DNA from: an uncultured Candidatus Saccharibacteria bacterium
Lineage (GTDB): Bacteria; Patescibacteriota; Minisyncoccia; Phycocordibacterales; JAKFXT01
DNA length: 64,000 nt
Direction: 5' to 3'
Assembly: GCA_964385825.1 (NCBI GenBank)
Contig: CAYLPX010000001.1
Span: forward strand, 173,797-237,796
Under the pieces are notes generated by a model, which did not search any database, was not told where the DNA came from, and worked only from the letters and a program-made list of their open reading frames with translations. The position numbers and the translations under genes are program-made. Every line of letters starts with the position of its first letter. Positions within the stretch are counted from its first letter, which is position 1. Of the stretch, positions 23,601 through 30,704 are shown piece by piece.

Positions 23601-25343
23601 AGAAGTTGCAGATGTTGTAGCTGTAAAGAAAGAGCCAACTATTTCACCAAGCACTGAAAGTGGTGCATACGGAGAAGAAGTTCCGATACCAAGATTTCCA
23701 TTTATGTAGGTGTTACCTTGCACTTCAAGTTTAGCGAGAGATGAAGTCGCTGATGCACCAACAACAATTTGATTAGATGTTGTGCCAAGACGGATACCAC
23801 TTCCATTAAAGAAGAGCCAGTTACTTTCTATCCCGGTACCTCCCGCATCAACTCCGCAAAGTACATCACCTCCAGTATTTGTATATAACTTTCCACAATC
23901 AGTTAACGATGAGAATGTAAGGCCACCCGCAAAAGAGGAAGTGGCTGTAGCATCAGTTATGTTAATGGTTCCACTAAAACTACTGTTAGTAATTGTGGCT
24001 CCAGAAATCCGTGCCGTATCAATTGTGACGTTAGTAAGTTTATCTATTCGGTTTGCAGCTGATGCCACTGGATAAAAACTAGGTGCAGCATTGTACTGAC
24101 CGGTTGTCTGAGCGGAGAGGGCATTAATTGAAAGATAGATTTTGTCCTGGAGGGTTTTTAGCTTCTGATCGACCGCATCACTAGTTACACCTCCTGTTTC
24201 AATAATCCTTTCAATAATTCTTGGGGAAGCTGTGGTACTCAGCGCCTTAACTACAGGAGTTTCGTTTTGCACCACAGCTGGTGTAACTACCTTAGGTACT
24301 GAAGCAATAATTTTTGTGCTTGTGGCTACCACAGGCACAGCAGGATTCTTTGTGCTTGAAGATGATGTGGCAACAGTAACACTAGAAGTAGTAACAGCGA
24401 GTTCTTTTGGTAGCTCATCTGAAGTTGCCAAATTTGGTGTGGAATTAGATACCGGTGGAGTTGTAGTCTTGGACTTAACAAAGGCAACAAACCTATTGCG
24501 CAACCCACCAAAACCAAGGGAAAGCACATCAAAAATGCTAGATGACCCTTCCTTAACTGAAGCGAGATTGAGTACCCCCTCCGTAATCTCGGATGAGCGA
24601 GAACCCCCAGAAACCGTTGCTACATGTGGGTTCTCGCCACCCTGTGTGGAAAGACCGAGGGCCAAGCTTCCGAAAACAACTAATACTGCAACCGCGAGGG
24701 CTGTAGCTTTTTTCTGGAGCTCAGCAAAGAAAATATTTTTTGACGAGCTTGAAGTTTCTAAAACTTTCGATGGCATCACGCGACGAGATGCAGGTCCAAA
24801 ATCTTTTCCTTTGAACTCAACACCTTTGCTAACTTTCTTTTTAAGTTCAGGGATTAAACTTTTTTCAAAATCTGGAAGGTATGCAAAAAAAGGTGAACGC
24901 CCAGTTGAAGCTACGGGAGTTGTACTTACCCTTTCGAAATTTTTCGAAACCTTTTCTTCTACCAAAACTGGAGACGCGACTGGAGGGTGCGCGATAGCTA
25001 CTTTTGGCTCAGACTTGATAGCCGGGATATTTACCGCAGCTGTTGCTGCAGTTTCAACATTAAAACTTGGTGAACTTGGAAGTGATTGTGTTGCCTCCTT
25101 TTTAATATTTTTAGAAACCGAGGCGACGGCTGCATACCCGTTAATTGTTTTTGAGAGGGCAGCATCTTTTTGATACTGAAGCAAAGCCTCAAGATCAACG
25201 TACCAACTACGACCAACCATTTGGGCCGGAATTTTATTCCCGCGACAAAGTTGTCCGATGTAGTCAGAAGTATACCCAGTTGCAGTTTTTGCATCCTTGG
25301 CGGAGATGAATTTTTTACCCTCTAAAATTAGGTCCGACGACAT
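11655..25343 (-). CDS. Giant (4562 aa) membrane-anchored surface fibre/adhesin with N-terminal HTH_17-like domain, single TM helix, long Ser/Thr/Gly-rich beta-helix repeats, and a Peptidase S74 (tail-fibre intramolecular chaperone) domain near the C-terminus
   Basis: Single uninterrupted ORF. N-terminus FISAKDAAKATGYTSDYIGQLCRGNKIPAQMVGRSWYVDLEAL. TM helix about aa 214-232. Repeated modules (TTTPNWLLQLASSTAPQLALTDPNGGTNAKHGIIRFANGNFYFGTSSDALS at least 6x; NTAIG..AL..NTTG..NTAVG fibre repeats; Gly-rich GGxGGxxG repeats). Near the C-terminus: SSARYKHNI...LRPVSFETNDEN...GFIAEEVNALDPRLV...GVRYEEM. Confidence 0.9.
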   Translation of the reverse strand: MSSDLILEGKKFISAKDAKTATGYTSDYIGQLCRGNKIPAQMVGRSWYVDLEALLQYQKDAALSKTINGYAAVASVSKNIKKEATQSLPSSPSFNVETAATAAVNIPAIKSEPKVAIAHPPVASPVLVEEKVSKNFERVSTTPVASTGRSPFFAYLPDFEKSLIPELKKKVSKGVEFKGKDFGPASRRVMPSKVLETSSSSKNIFFAELQKKATALAVAVLVVFGSLALGLSTQGGENPHVATVSGGSRSSEITEGVLNLASVKEGSSSIFDVLSLGFGGLRNRFVAFVKSKTTTPPVSNSTPNLATSDELPKELAVTTSSVTVATSSSSTKNPAVPVVATSTKIIASVPKVVTPAVVQNETPVVKALSTTASPRIIERIIETGGVTSDAVDQKLKTLQDKIYLSINALSAQTTGQYNAAPSFYPVASAANRIDKLTNVTIDTARISGATITNSSFSGTINITDATATSSFAGGLTFSSLTDCGKLYTNTGGDVLCGVDAGGTGIESNWLFFNGSGIRLGTTSNQIVVGASATSSLAKLEVQGNTYINGNLGIGTSSPYAPLSVLGEIVGSFFTATTSATSSFAGGLQTAALNVTGSGTSTFAQGINIASGCFSVNGTCLSATGGSGTPGGANTQVQFNNNGAFGGVAAFTFNSGTSLLTSPSALFTFATTTNFLATGSSTLQNFTFINATGSAATTTNSFATTASSTNLFATTLTAGNSNLGSLTVSNFLTAGSSTLQNFTGLDSTTTNATATSFFATSGTFTNLFANSFSLANLLLSGSSTLQNFTAVNATTTNSTSTTLFASTLVGTNAFINSLLTSANFLATGSSTLQNFTFVNATGSAATTTNFSTGVLTVTGSATSTFASGISAAALDITGSATSTIANGLRISSGGLALSSANCTLFNNGGKLTTDSNGNIICGNDTSGSGGSGTDVNWTFFNGSGISVATTSNQVLIGASATSSLAKLEVQGNIYINGNLGIGTSSPYARLSVAGEAVAGYFTATTTSAVSSFGQLLTLSSSTLQNFTFINATGSNATTTGAFNVGTTLTVSGSATSTFTSGINTAALNVTGAATSTFANGINLATGCYSINGVCIGNGSVSGSGIANQISYFTGSNTLAGSSGFTFNPNTGLFSASSALFTFATTTNFLATGSSTLQNFTFVNATGSNATTTNLSTGTLTVTGNATTTFGGGVQTTALNVTGAGTSTFGNGLSIASGCFSINGTCVAGSGGVSAGGANGNVQFNNSGVLGGDSTFTWDNTAKLLTIGRVTITSATTTNFLATGSSTLQNFTFINATGSAATTTNSFATTASSTNLFATIANIGTALFGKTTSTEATSTNLFATSFTATNSFINSLLTSANFLATGSSTLQNFTFVNATGSSATTTNLSTDTLTVTGGATTTISSGLQALALNITGSATSTFAQGINIASGCYAYNGTCIGGAGSGVADNPGAVQFNNGGGTFGGDSTTFFWDNTNKRLGIGTSSPYAKLSVAGAVVAESFTATSTTATSTIAGIFAVGSSTPSFSSFFTVGTSSALALTVDKQTGFFGIGSTSPSALFSVVGQTPPAGDAPLALYVQGGTGGSAGSAGGGVTLQTGIGNGAGAGGTLTLAAGAGGSSGRGGNVAINAGVGNGSQNGGALSFTSGNGGSSGAGGAISITSGAPGGNLASGAITIASGAVGGSGTPGTVSIQGGANTPQTGSGGTVSLSSGASLGSGSSISLTGSNSAGTGGGLSLSSGAGGSGGNGGALTISTGGGSADANAGNLTISGGAGNGTGTGGSITLTAGNGGATNVNGANIVLNGGIGGGTGWSGNVLLGNSRGNVGIGTSTPRFALQVASSTAPQLALSDGTLTSNHFTFRSIGSNFYIATASPSTLATSTMAALTITSNGFLGIGSTTPTSRLSVEGNTFVNGNGTTTGSFNVGNTLTVSGSGTSTTLSGALAITGGQLSISGSTPGPNIFLNYIATSTFSSGLSVGALTVTGAATSTFANGLTLAAGCVTVNNTCVGGSNFTGSGAAGQVTFFSGTTALAGSNNFFYDTNKGALGLGTTTPAWSLQLASSTAPQLALTDPNGATDAKHGIMRFANGNFYFGSSTDALSATSTYLTINGRAGGNVGIGSTSPSSRLTIQDTGSTLNNGGLLNVALSTGAPGLFVDNTGRVAIGSQVFPSTATFVATANGGTVSSLQNGGAIAAFYGGAGGASTDQIVVHSTGSGGEVELGTFNGTGALAGAVGFVRTPLANDFFLGTNNTERMRITAGGNFGIGTTTSRWLTQLATGTAPQLALSDGSLTSNHFTFRSVGNTFAIATASPSTFATSTTNVLSVTANGLVGIGVNTPTFQLDVAGGFRLGNANNNSSDDIINGNTLTLARPGGNVGPFFYLQNDSATANSFNSALVFAEGTTKKAMIAYDVAAGGLNKLVFQLLPSGLVGNTEANTILTMTDGYSGFGSTTPNWLLQLATGTAPQLTLTDPTSITTNHWSFRNAGGLFYLATSSASTFATSSMSAFSINANGLVGIGSTTPTSRLSVEGNTFVNGNGTTTGSFNVGSNFTVSGNGTTTRLQSTIVSGNFFFQGQDNTVYLAGSGTSTFSGGVNIFALNLTGSATSTAANGINLSGGCFAVNNTCLPTNGTTGSGSSGQVTFWNGTNSLTGSNNFFYNNTQGTLGLGTTTPNWLLQLASSTAPQLALTDPNGGTNAKHGIIRFANGNFYFGTSSDALSSTSTLFTLTQGTSTFATNLTVTGNLNIATTTDKNSWLYFGGNPLLTATGTSLYLGLGAGTSTRNENNAGNFRNNTAIGYQSMQGNTTGTDNTALGWEALYSNTTGTNNTVVGSSALVFNTSGVNNVAIGSLALYVNQTGQNNTAVGGTALANNTGSFNTAFGNGALYSNQAAAASVAVGWNALLNQTAGASTTALGAWSGRVNDTGIYNTYLGAQSDAGVSNLNYSTAIGAGAIVNKSNAIVLGGVGTVYGVTVGIGTTTPNWLLQLASSTAPQLALTDPNGGTDAKHGIIRFANGNFYIGTSSDALTSTTTYVTINKFGGVGIGTTTNLTAGPVTSGGTYLSVLGGINVQGKDGNPNNYARFGVPDGNGVGGIVVNRATVSQSAMGIYLNDNGVGGTGGGFEVLAAATLASGRDLRFLNDRGGTSAGDETLRIMNTTSLATNGFVGIGSSTPWAKLSVTGGAGQTAPLFAVGSSSASINYLTLTSVGNLGLGTTTPAWSLQVASATPYVAITDTDASTNAKHWILTNTNGVFAIGTSSDALSATSSYFTLTGSSTTFTSALNVTSNATSTYTNGIQITSGCFSVNGTCLSTNGSTNAAGGSGAVQFANSTSFAGDATNFFWDNSKKALGIGTSTPAWLLQLASSTAPQLALTDPNGGTNAKHGIIRFANGNFYIGTSSDALNATTTLFTIASTTAVGIGTVNPTGAFEVKTRFSGDSMQFTDINSTSNYINFAPTTGSGGNGITIARATDVVGNMGLILKTGNSSRATIILPTSSSDLQFTNDQGSNQVGTEIARFYNANDTHNGALGLASSTPWAHLSVKANSGETAPLFAIGGSSNQALLQFLPSGALGLGTTTPNWMVQLASSTAPQLALTDSGAGTNLKHWVQRVAGGNFYLATSSDAYATSTVPAIMVNSSGYVGVGTTSPWTNLSVTGTSSADVFFATATTSTTTLRGGLNVGDGALTYNYSTGETYAGSLISGTQSFDDDAGVVQWTNLPIVSAATGTPQSYTASIGDNPVLTVYGEATPYASSVARNTGIGIGTTSPYARLTVWGRGTGASSTIEVVNNASTTLFRLSDAGYAGFGTSTSAWLLQLATSTAPQLALTDPNGGTNAKHGVMRFANGNFYFGTSSDALSSTSTSLFLSGTNGGQLGLGTTTNYTNYRMNIGTNTGNNGLIVADNAVQNSFTSLNPGSVNISRNSSGSGAVNINYFNSAGVANGSPILTVGASGATNDFVIGNDKGGSTAAEVFRITNVNSTSNGFVGVGTTTPFGKLSIAALSGQTAPLLAIADASNNNYLTMTMNGALGLGTTTPNWMLQLASSTAPQLVLTDPSAGANLKHWVQRSIGGNFYLATSSDAFSTSTIPALSISSNGEFGIGTTTPTPGYSLSMASNLLVSGTLRTGAITSVTNTQHTFSNIGGAANVLITPNGVAPISYQNGSGSHWFQLRADGAIFQALTPGTTLNNLGTQATGFGSSTPQWRMQLATSSSAASNAIQLVLTDTAAGTNAKHWFYRSSGGYLYMGTSSDTTFSNSGTTTLETWSPAGYVGIGSTSPWKTLSVTGTMAVNGLTAEAGTKDALCIDSTTKEVQVNTGSPTCTVSSARYKHNIESLTATSGLALLRQLRPVSFETNDENQARVGFIAEEVNALDPRLVFYENDGITPRGVRYEEMTAVLAKSVQELDARLLNLENASSSLFVAENSNNPFSLTTLKTALSSFGIFVSDGLVHIANAAVDSLTVGSSTSPAGITLFDKTTKAPYCVMVNNGTVETTSGSCQPASISTSTIYVAPPENPISPPVLDIGTSTATSTDIVLDMGTSTATSSAATDLSATSTAPALGDIAPVATSSAIQ
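12138..12407 (-). other. Peptidase S74 / intramolecular chaperone auto-processing domain inside the giant gene (about 250 aa before its C-terminus)
   Basis: Minus-strand translation of 12381-12407 gives SSARYKHNI, matching the S-x-x-R-x-K catalytic Ser/Lys spacing of endosialidase-type tail-spike chaperones. Downstream block LRPVSFETNDENQARVGFIAEEVNALDPRLVFYENDGITPRGVRYEEMTAVL. Confidence 0.65.
25193..25316 (-). other. Excisionase/MerR-like HTH_17 motif at N-terminus of the giant protein
   Basis: Pattern a.k.tGyt.dyigqLcr.nkipa..vGrsWyvdleaL resembles PF12728-type HTH by eye. Assessed from memory of the family consensus only. Confidence 0.4.
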
Positions 25344-25655
25344 AGCTTTTCTTGGGTATAAGTATACCTTCTCGTTTTGCCGAGATTGCAGAGATATCTT
25401 GTGGATAAGCTGTATATTGGCAATTTTGTAGTAAAAAATTACACAAACTTTTTAAGCATCACGTCAAATTTTTTTTGACTCAAAAACATGGTGGTTTTTT
25501 ACAGCTTTTTTGAGTAAGGAGTTTATGAGTTTTTAAATACCCAAATCAGCTCTTTCCTAATGGGTTCGCCTAGAGGAGAATCGGCGTAATTGGATCGTGA
25601 ATATTTTTAGAGAATAAGAAATATTTTAAAACTTGAAATTAAATGAGAATTATTA

Positions 25656-25688
25656 GAAAAAGAAAAAGCACTGCATTTCCTGCGGTGC
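25656..25688 (-). terminator. Intrinsic terminator downstream of bipA (hairpin gcactgca...tgcggtgc followed by U-run on minus strand)
   Basis: Hairpin and A-run on the plus strand read directly. Confidence 0.5.
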
Positions 25689-25732
25689 TTCGTTCTTCCG
25701 AGATATGGCTTTATTGCTTGATTTCTCGGTAA

Positions 25733-27520
25733 TTACTTCCCTTCCCGCTTAGCCTTAGTTCTATCAATTTCCGTCAAATATATTTTTCGGAGGCGAACAC
25801 TTATAGGAGTTACTTCAAGATATTCATCATCCGACATGGTCTCAAGACCACGCTCAATGGTGAGTGTAAAAGGTGGAACAAGGACCATGGCTTCATCCGT
25901 GCCAGAAGATCGCATGTTAGAAAGTTGCTTCCCTTTTGTTGGGTTAACCTGCATTTCATCACCCTTTGAAGTGTTACCAATAACCATTCCTTCATACACT
26001 TCTGTTGCTGGTGCAATATACAACACACCACGATCTTGAAGATTCCACAAGGAGAAACCAAGTGCCTTTCCGCTTGCCATTGAGACCATAGAACCAGTAA
26101 CTCTTTTTCTAATTTCACCAGCATATGGTTTGAATCCGATGAAGCGCGAACATAAAATTCCTTCACCTTTTGTATCAATAACAAACTGTCCGCGATACCC
26201 AAGAAGACCACGCGTTGGTCCCTCCATTAAGAGTCTGATCTGATTACCATCTTGGGTCATGTTAGTCATAACAAACCCACGCATACCTAACTTTTCAATA
26301 ACCGCTCCCTGCACTTCACTTTTAATATCAATGGTTACTTCTTCGAATGGTTCAGACTTCACTCCATCAATTATTTTTACAATAGCTTGTGGTTGCGATA
26401 CCTGTACCTCATACCCTTCGCGGCGCATGTTCTCAAGTAAGATTGAGATGTGCATTTCTCCACGTCCAGAAACAATGAAATTCTCACTACTATCAAAATC
26501 AACACGGAGCCCCACGTTAACTTCAAGTTCACGCAGTAGCCTTTCACGGAGCTGACGACTTGTAACATACTTCCCTTCCTTACCAGCAAAGGGAGAATTA
26601 TTTACCACAAAGTTAAGAGTGATAGTAGGCTCATCAACTTCAATAGCTGGTAGGTTGGGTGTAGCAGCATCTTTAGTGATCGTCTCGCCAATATAGATAT
26701 CGGGTAGCCCAGAAATCATTACAATATCCCCTGCTACGGCTGTATTACCCTCTACTCTACTCACCCCTTCAAAGGTGAATATCTTAGCCACTTTACCGGT
26801 TCTCGTTTCCCCGTTTGGTTTCTTTATAACCACACTTTCACCTGCTTTAAGAACACCGTCATACACTCGTCCAATACCAAGGCGACCCAAGAAATTATCA
26901 TAGGCGAGATTAAATGTCTGCATACGAAAAGGCTCATCAATATGACCCTCTGCTCGTGGTACCTTTTCTAATACAAGATCAAGAAGGGGGGTTAAATCCT
27001 TACTATCATCACTAAGGTTTTTCTTAGCAATACCCTCTCGCCCAATGGCATACATTATTGGAAAATCTACCTGTTCATCATTTGCTCCAAGCTCTACAAA
27101 AAGATCAAAAACCTCGTCAATAACTCGGTTAGGGTCGGCGGCTGGTTTATCGATTTTATTGATGACGAGAATTGGCTTCAATCCTAGTTCAAGAGACTTC
27201 TTAAGCACAAAACGAGTTTGCGGCATAGGCCCCTCTTGAGCGTCAACAATTAAAAGCACTGCGTCGATGGAACGGAGTACTCGCTCCACCTCAGAGCCGA
27301 AGTCGGCGTGTCCTGGTGTATCTACAATATTAATCTTCGTCCCCTTATAGTTAATCGAAGCATTCTTAGCGTAAATGGTAATACCACGTTCAAGTTCAAG
27401 TGCGTTGGAATCCATTGAAACACCTTCAGCAATAGCCCCATTCTGGCGCATAATGGCGTCAGTCAATGTTGTTTTCCCATGGTCTACGTGGGCGATTATT
27501 GCAATGTTTCTAATTTCCAT
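25733..27520 (-). CDS. typA: Translational GTPase TypA/BipA
   Basis: IRNIAIIAHVDHGKTTLTDAIM G1 motif, EF-G-like domain order, 595 aa. Confidence 0.95.
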   Translation of the reverse strand: MEIRNIAIIAHVDHGKTTLTDAIMRQNGAIAEGVSMDSNALELERGITIYAKNASINYKGTKINIVDTPGHADFGSEVERVLRSIDAVLLIVDAQEGPMPQTRFVLKKSLELGLKPILVINKIDKPAADPNRVIDEVFDLFVELGANDEQVDFPIMYAIGREGIAKKNLSDDSKDLTPLLDLVLEKVPRAEGHIDEPFRMQTFNLAYDNFLGRLGIGRVYDGVLKAGESVVIKKPNGETRTGKVAKIFTFEGVSRVEGNTAVAGDIVMISGLPDIYIGETITKDAATPNLPAIEVDEPTITLNFVVNNSPFAGKEGKYVTSRQLRERLLRELEVNVGLRVDFDSSENFIVSGRGEMHISILLENMRREGYEVQVSQPQAIVKIIDGVKSEPFEEVTIDIKSEVQGAVIEKLGMRGFVMTNMTQDGNQIRLLMEGPTRGLLGYRGQFVIDTKGEGILCSRFIGFKPYAGEIRKRVTGSMVSMASGKALGFSLWNLQDRGVLYIAPATEVYEGMVIGNTSKGDEMQVNPTKGKQLSNMRSSGTDEAMVLVPPFTLTIERGLETMSDDEYLEVTPISVRLRKIYLTEIDRTKAKREGK

Positions 27521-27664
27521 ACAGTATTTAGCTTAAAAAATAAAAGACCTCACATGGGAGATCGACAGGGGCACACTATAGCACATCTCTTTTGGAATAG
27601 GAAGTGTGGATTAAGGCGACTTAGCCGAGAAATCCTTATAATTAGGCCTAAATTTCAATAATTA

Positions 27665-28297
27665 CTAGTTAGAAGCCTCATCAAGAACTTGCTTGAGAGC
27701 AGCTTGAAGCCTAAGGGTAACTATTTTATATCCCTTATCATTGGGGTGAATAGAGTCGTACATGAGCTCACGCTTAAAAATGACTCCGTCAAGAATGTTT
27801 GGTATATAAGCGCATGCATACTTTTTAGCTAACGCCTCATAGCGTGGAGCGAACTTATCCACAAAAACCCCGCCCCTAACCCCAACCAAAATTACAGCCG
27901 CCCCAGCTGTTTGGGCCTTTTGCACCATGGTTTCTAGGTTGGCAAAAGTTTCGTCCTCCGGAACCTTTTGAAGATAGTCATTACCGCCAAGAAGAAGGAA
28001 AACTATTTTAGGATCATTGTTAACTACATCAGTATCAAAACGTGCCAGCCCATCTCGTGTGGTATCGCCCGGGACACCTTTATTGATGATAGGTACCCCT
28101 AAGGCCTTACTGGCTAGGGAAAACATATCATTCCCGGGTGTTGAACCAATCCCATACACTAGACTATCTCCAAAAGCGATAATATTGCTACCACCCGAAT
28201 TAGCATTTTTTATTTGTGGGGCTTTTGACCAATAGATAATAGTGTGTGCAATAACTGCAAGTACTATAGTTATAGCTAAAACACGAAAAAGTTTCAT
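27665..28297 (-). CDS. SGNH/GDSL-family lipase/acylhydrolase, N-terminal signal/TM
   Basis: IIAFGDSLVYG (GDS(L) block I), GGND block, and C-terminal DxxHP. Confidence 0.75.
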   Translation of the reverse strand: MKLFRVLAITIVLAVIAHTIIYWSKAPQIKNANSGGSNIIAFGDSLVYGIGSTPGNDMFSLASKALGVPIINKGVPGDTTRDGLARFDTDVVNNDPKIVFLLLGGNDYLQKVPEDETFANLETMVQKAQTAGAAVILVGVRGGVFVDKFAPRYEALAKKYACAYIPNILDGVIFKRELMYDSIHPNDKGYKIVTLRLQAALKQVLDEASN

Positions 28298-28342
28298 TAG
28301 CTATAGTATAGCAAGTTTTTTGCTTCAAATTTGGTTTGTCCA

Positions 28343-29137
28343 CTAAACCCTTTTTCCTTCAAGTAGTAAGAAAAGCGGTATTTCCTTTCGAGCAGTATCC
28401 TCTGCTTTTTGGCGTGGCCCTTTTTGGCTTTTACGGTGTGAGTTCCACTCTTCAAGATGAGTTAAAATAAACCCTGCTTTTTCTAGTGCCTTTACGTAGT
28501 ATTGAAGTGGTCTATGGAAGGTAAGCGTGGAAGGACTTTTCTTATCCCCCGGATGCATCACAATACTTGTGGTGTGTTCACTAAGGTATCCTTCAATTCG
28601 GCGATACTGTATCCCCGCTTTCTGATCGAACTCCCACGCTGACTTTTGCGGTATCCGAAAAGCTGGGTGATTCAGAATAAAATAATACATCCCTCCTTTT
28701 TTTAAAACCCTTGAAACCTCAGCGAAGACTTCAGGAATTTCCTTTATATTCTGTAGTGCAAGCACACAAAAAACTTTATCAAAACTAGCAGTATTAAGCA
28801 TAGAGAGATCTTTGGCTTCACACACAAAATAGGTAATCCTTTTCCCCCCTTTCTCTTTCGCAATTGTTATTAACTCTTTGCTAATATCAACCCCAACCAT
28901 ATCCCCTCCCCGTTCACCAACTGCTTGAGTAAAAAAGCCCTGGCCACAGGCTAGGTCCAAAATGTGCTGATTTGATACATCTCCAAGTCGTCGAAGTAAG
29001 TTGGGCAAAATGAGTTCACTCTGGTAGGTATCCTTTCCATCTTCCAAAAGTCCATCGTACCAAGAAGCCACCGACCCCCAGCTAGTGTCAGTTTGCTTTA
29101 CAGTATTATTTTTTTTCGCTGATTCCTTTTTTGCCAT
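28343..29137 (-). CDS. Class I SAM-dependent methyltransferase
   Basis: ILDLACGQGFFT motif I. Likely start at MAKKESAKK (cat at 29135-29137). Confidence 0.7.
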   Translation of the reverse strand: MAKKESAKKNNTVKQTDTSWGSVASWYDGLLEDGKDTYQSELILPNLLRRLGDVSNQHILDLACGQGFFTQAVGERGGDMVGVDISKELITIAKEKGGKRITYFVCEAKDLSMLNTASFDKVFCVLALQNIKEIPEVFAEVSRVLKKGGMYYFILNHPAFRIPQKSAWEFDQKAGIQYRRIEGYLSEHTTSIVMHPGDKKSPSTLTFHRPLQYYVKALEKAGFILTHLEEWNSHRKSQKGPRQKAEDTARKEIPLFLLLEGKRV

Positions 29138-29181
29138 AGTGATACTATCCTTATAGCAAGAAACCACTTAAACTTCCAGCT

Positions 29182-29568
29182 CTAGAAAAGAGAAAAGATG
29201 GTGGCAATATAAAGCACGGTTATAGCCTTAAGACCTCCATAGAGTAGACTACTCCCAAGCGAAACTCTGCTATCCAGATAAAACTCTACGAGTGATGTTA
29301 AGCACCAACCAAGCCAAAGTAACGTCCCAGTTGTATAGAAGTTAAAGCCTGACTCTTTAGCTAGAATATATAAGGCTGAGCTTTGTAAGAAAAGCGAAAT
29401 CGCTAAAAGCGTTTCCTTTTTCCAATGAGTTGTTCTGACAGTTTTTCCTATATCATGCCTTTCCTTTACGTGACCATAAAAAAGCGATGAATACCAAATC
29501 GCCTCTATACAGAGAGAACCACCTATGGCCAAAAGAAAAACGCCCGCTAAGTCGGCTGAAAAATACAT
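29182..29568 (-). CDS. Hypothetical integral membrane protein (128 aa)
   Basis: ORF track. Four hydrophobic segments. Separated by 2 nt from the upstream gene. Confidence 0.5.
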   Translation of the reverse strand: MYFSADLAGVFLLAIGGSLCIEAIWYSSLFYGHVKERHDIGKTVRTTHWKKETLLAISLFLQSSALYILAKESGFNFYTTGTLLWLGWCLTSLVEFYLDSRVSLGSSLLYGGLKAITVLYIATIFSLF

Positions 29569-29570
29569 AG

Positions 29571-30455
29571 TTAAAGGTTCATATTACGCACCACTTCTGT
29601 ATCTATGAGAAAGCCTTCACCCTCACGAAGCGCTCCCCAAATACGAAGTGTGTCGCCACTCACAAAACGAGAGAGACTGACTGGCTGCTTATTCTTATTC
29701 AAAAAAGTAGTTTTGCTGTCAGTAAGTAGAGTGTAGGTTGTTCCTCCTTGTGAGACCATAAGCGTTGGAGTACTGGAGCCATTTATTGACGAAAGAGTTA
29801 CTGTGTAGAGCTTAGGGACAAAAAGGTTTGGATCAAGGTAGATAACGAGCCCACTTGTCTCAAGTTGTCGTGTTCCTAAGTTTAAAGAACCAGTAACTTG
29901 CTTTACCACATCCTTAGGCTTAATTTGCGTAATGCTTACTACCTTTGTCCCTCGAATAATTTGGGTTGTAGTACTAAGGAGTGCTGTTACCGCCCCATAT
30001 TTAGGAGTCATGATAACAACATTACTGTTGGTAGTATTATCAACTGATAGAACAGTACCTGATAAAGCGACCTGCTTTTTCTGGTCAGAACTATTCTTAA
30101 TAAGAGTCGGAATAAGTACAAGTGAAGTTCCGCCTGACTCAAGCTCCCCTTCCATGGTAAGCAAATCGCCTTCATTAATTTCATTTAAACTAGCACTTTC
30201 CCCAGTTGAGCGTAGAACTTTTGTAGTACCACTACCCTTCACTAGGAGACGCACATAGGCATCTCCCCAATACAATCTTGTATAAAGTGTAGGTCCAGCT
30301 TTTTGCATAACCCTAGCGTCACTTACAGTAACCTTTCCATCCTTTGTAATAGTTACTTCAGAACCATTAGCCAAGAGCAAAGTCGTGGGTACTAGTAAAA
30401 AGGTGGCCGCAAGAAACAGCCAAAGTGATACTAAGTATGAAAAGCGAGCATTCAT
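29571..30455 (-). CDS. Hypothetical secreted protein (signal peptide; Thr/Ser-rich beta-rich)
   Basis: ORF track. N-terminal LWLFLAATFLLVPTTLLLA signal. Confidence 0.5.
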   Translation of the reverse strand: MNARFSYLVSLWLFLAATFLLVPTTLLLANGSEVTITKDGKVTVSDARVMQKAGPTLYTRLYWGDAYVRLLVKGSGTTKVLRSTGESASLNEINEGDLLTMEGELESGGTSLVLIPTLIKNSSDQKKQVALSGTVLSVDNTTNSNVVIMTPKYGAVTALLSTTTQIIRGTKVVSITQIKPKDVVKQVTGSLNLGTRQLETSGLVIYLDPNLFVPKLYTVTLSSINGSSTPTLMVSQGGTTYTLLTDSKTTFLNKNKQPVSLSRFVSGDTLRIWGALREGEGFLIDTEVVRNMNL

Positions 30456-30704
30456 AGTTATGATACTACCGAACTCTAGTCCCGAGGAGCGCTAAGAGCT
30501 TCTAAATCAGCCTTAGCACTATCTCCTACTACTCCACCCTGTTCACTTGGTGTACTCATAAAAACTGATAATGCATTACTACTAAATAGTAGCCCTGCCA
30601 CAATAAGTGCCAACGTTATTGCAATACCACGTGTTACCTTGTTTTTCATATACTAATAAGTATAGGAGAAGTTGCCCTATTAGGAAAGATACTTACGCAC
30701 TTCT

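Noticed and set aside
24232-25173. 313-aa plus-strand ORF overlapping the 5' end of the giant gene
   Set aside because: Fully antisense to the giant ORF N-terminal region. No start context. The minus-strand reading gives a coherent HTH-TM architecture.
30476-30651. Apparent small minus-strand ORF between the secreted-protein gene and the M23 peptidase gene
   Set aside because: Careful re-translation shows a stop after 31 codons. My first reading had dropped two bases, so there is no credible gene.
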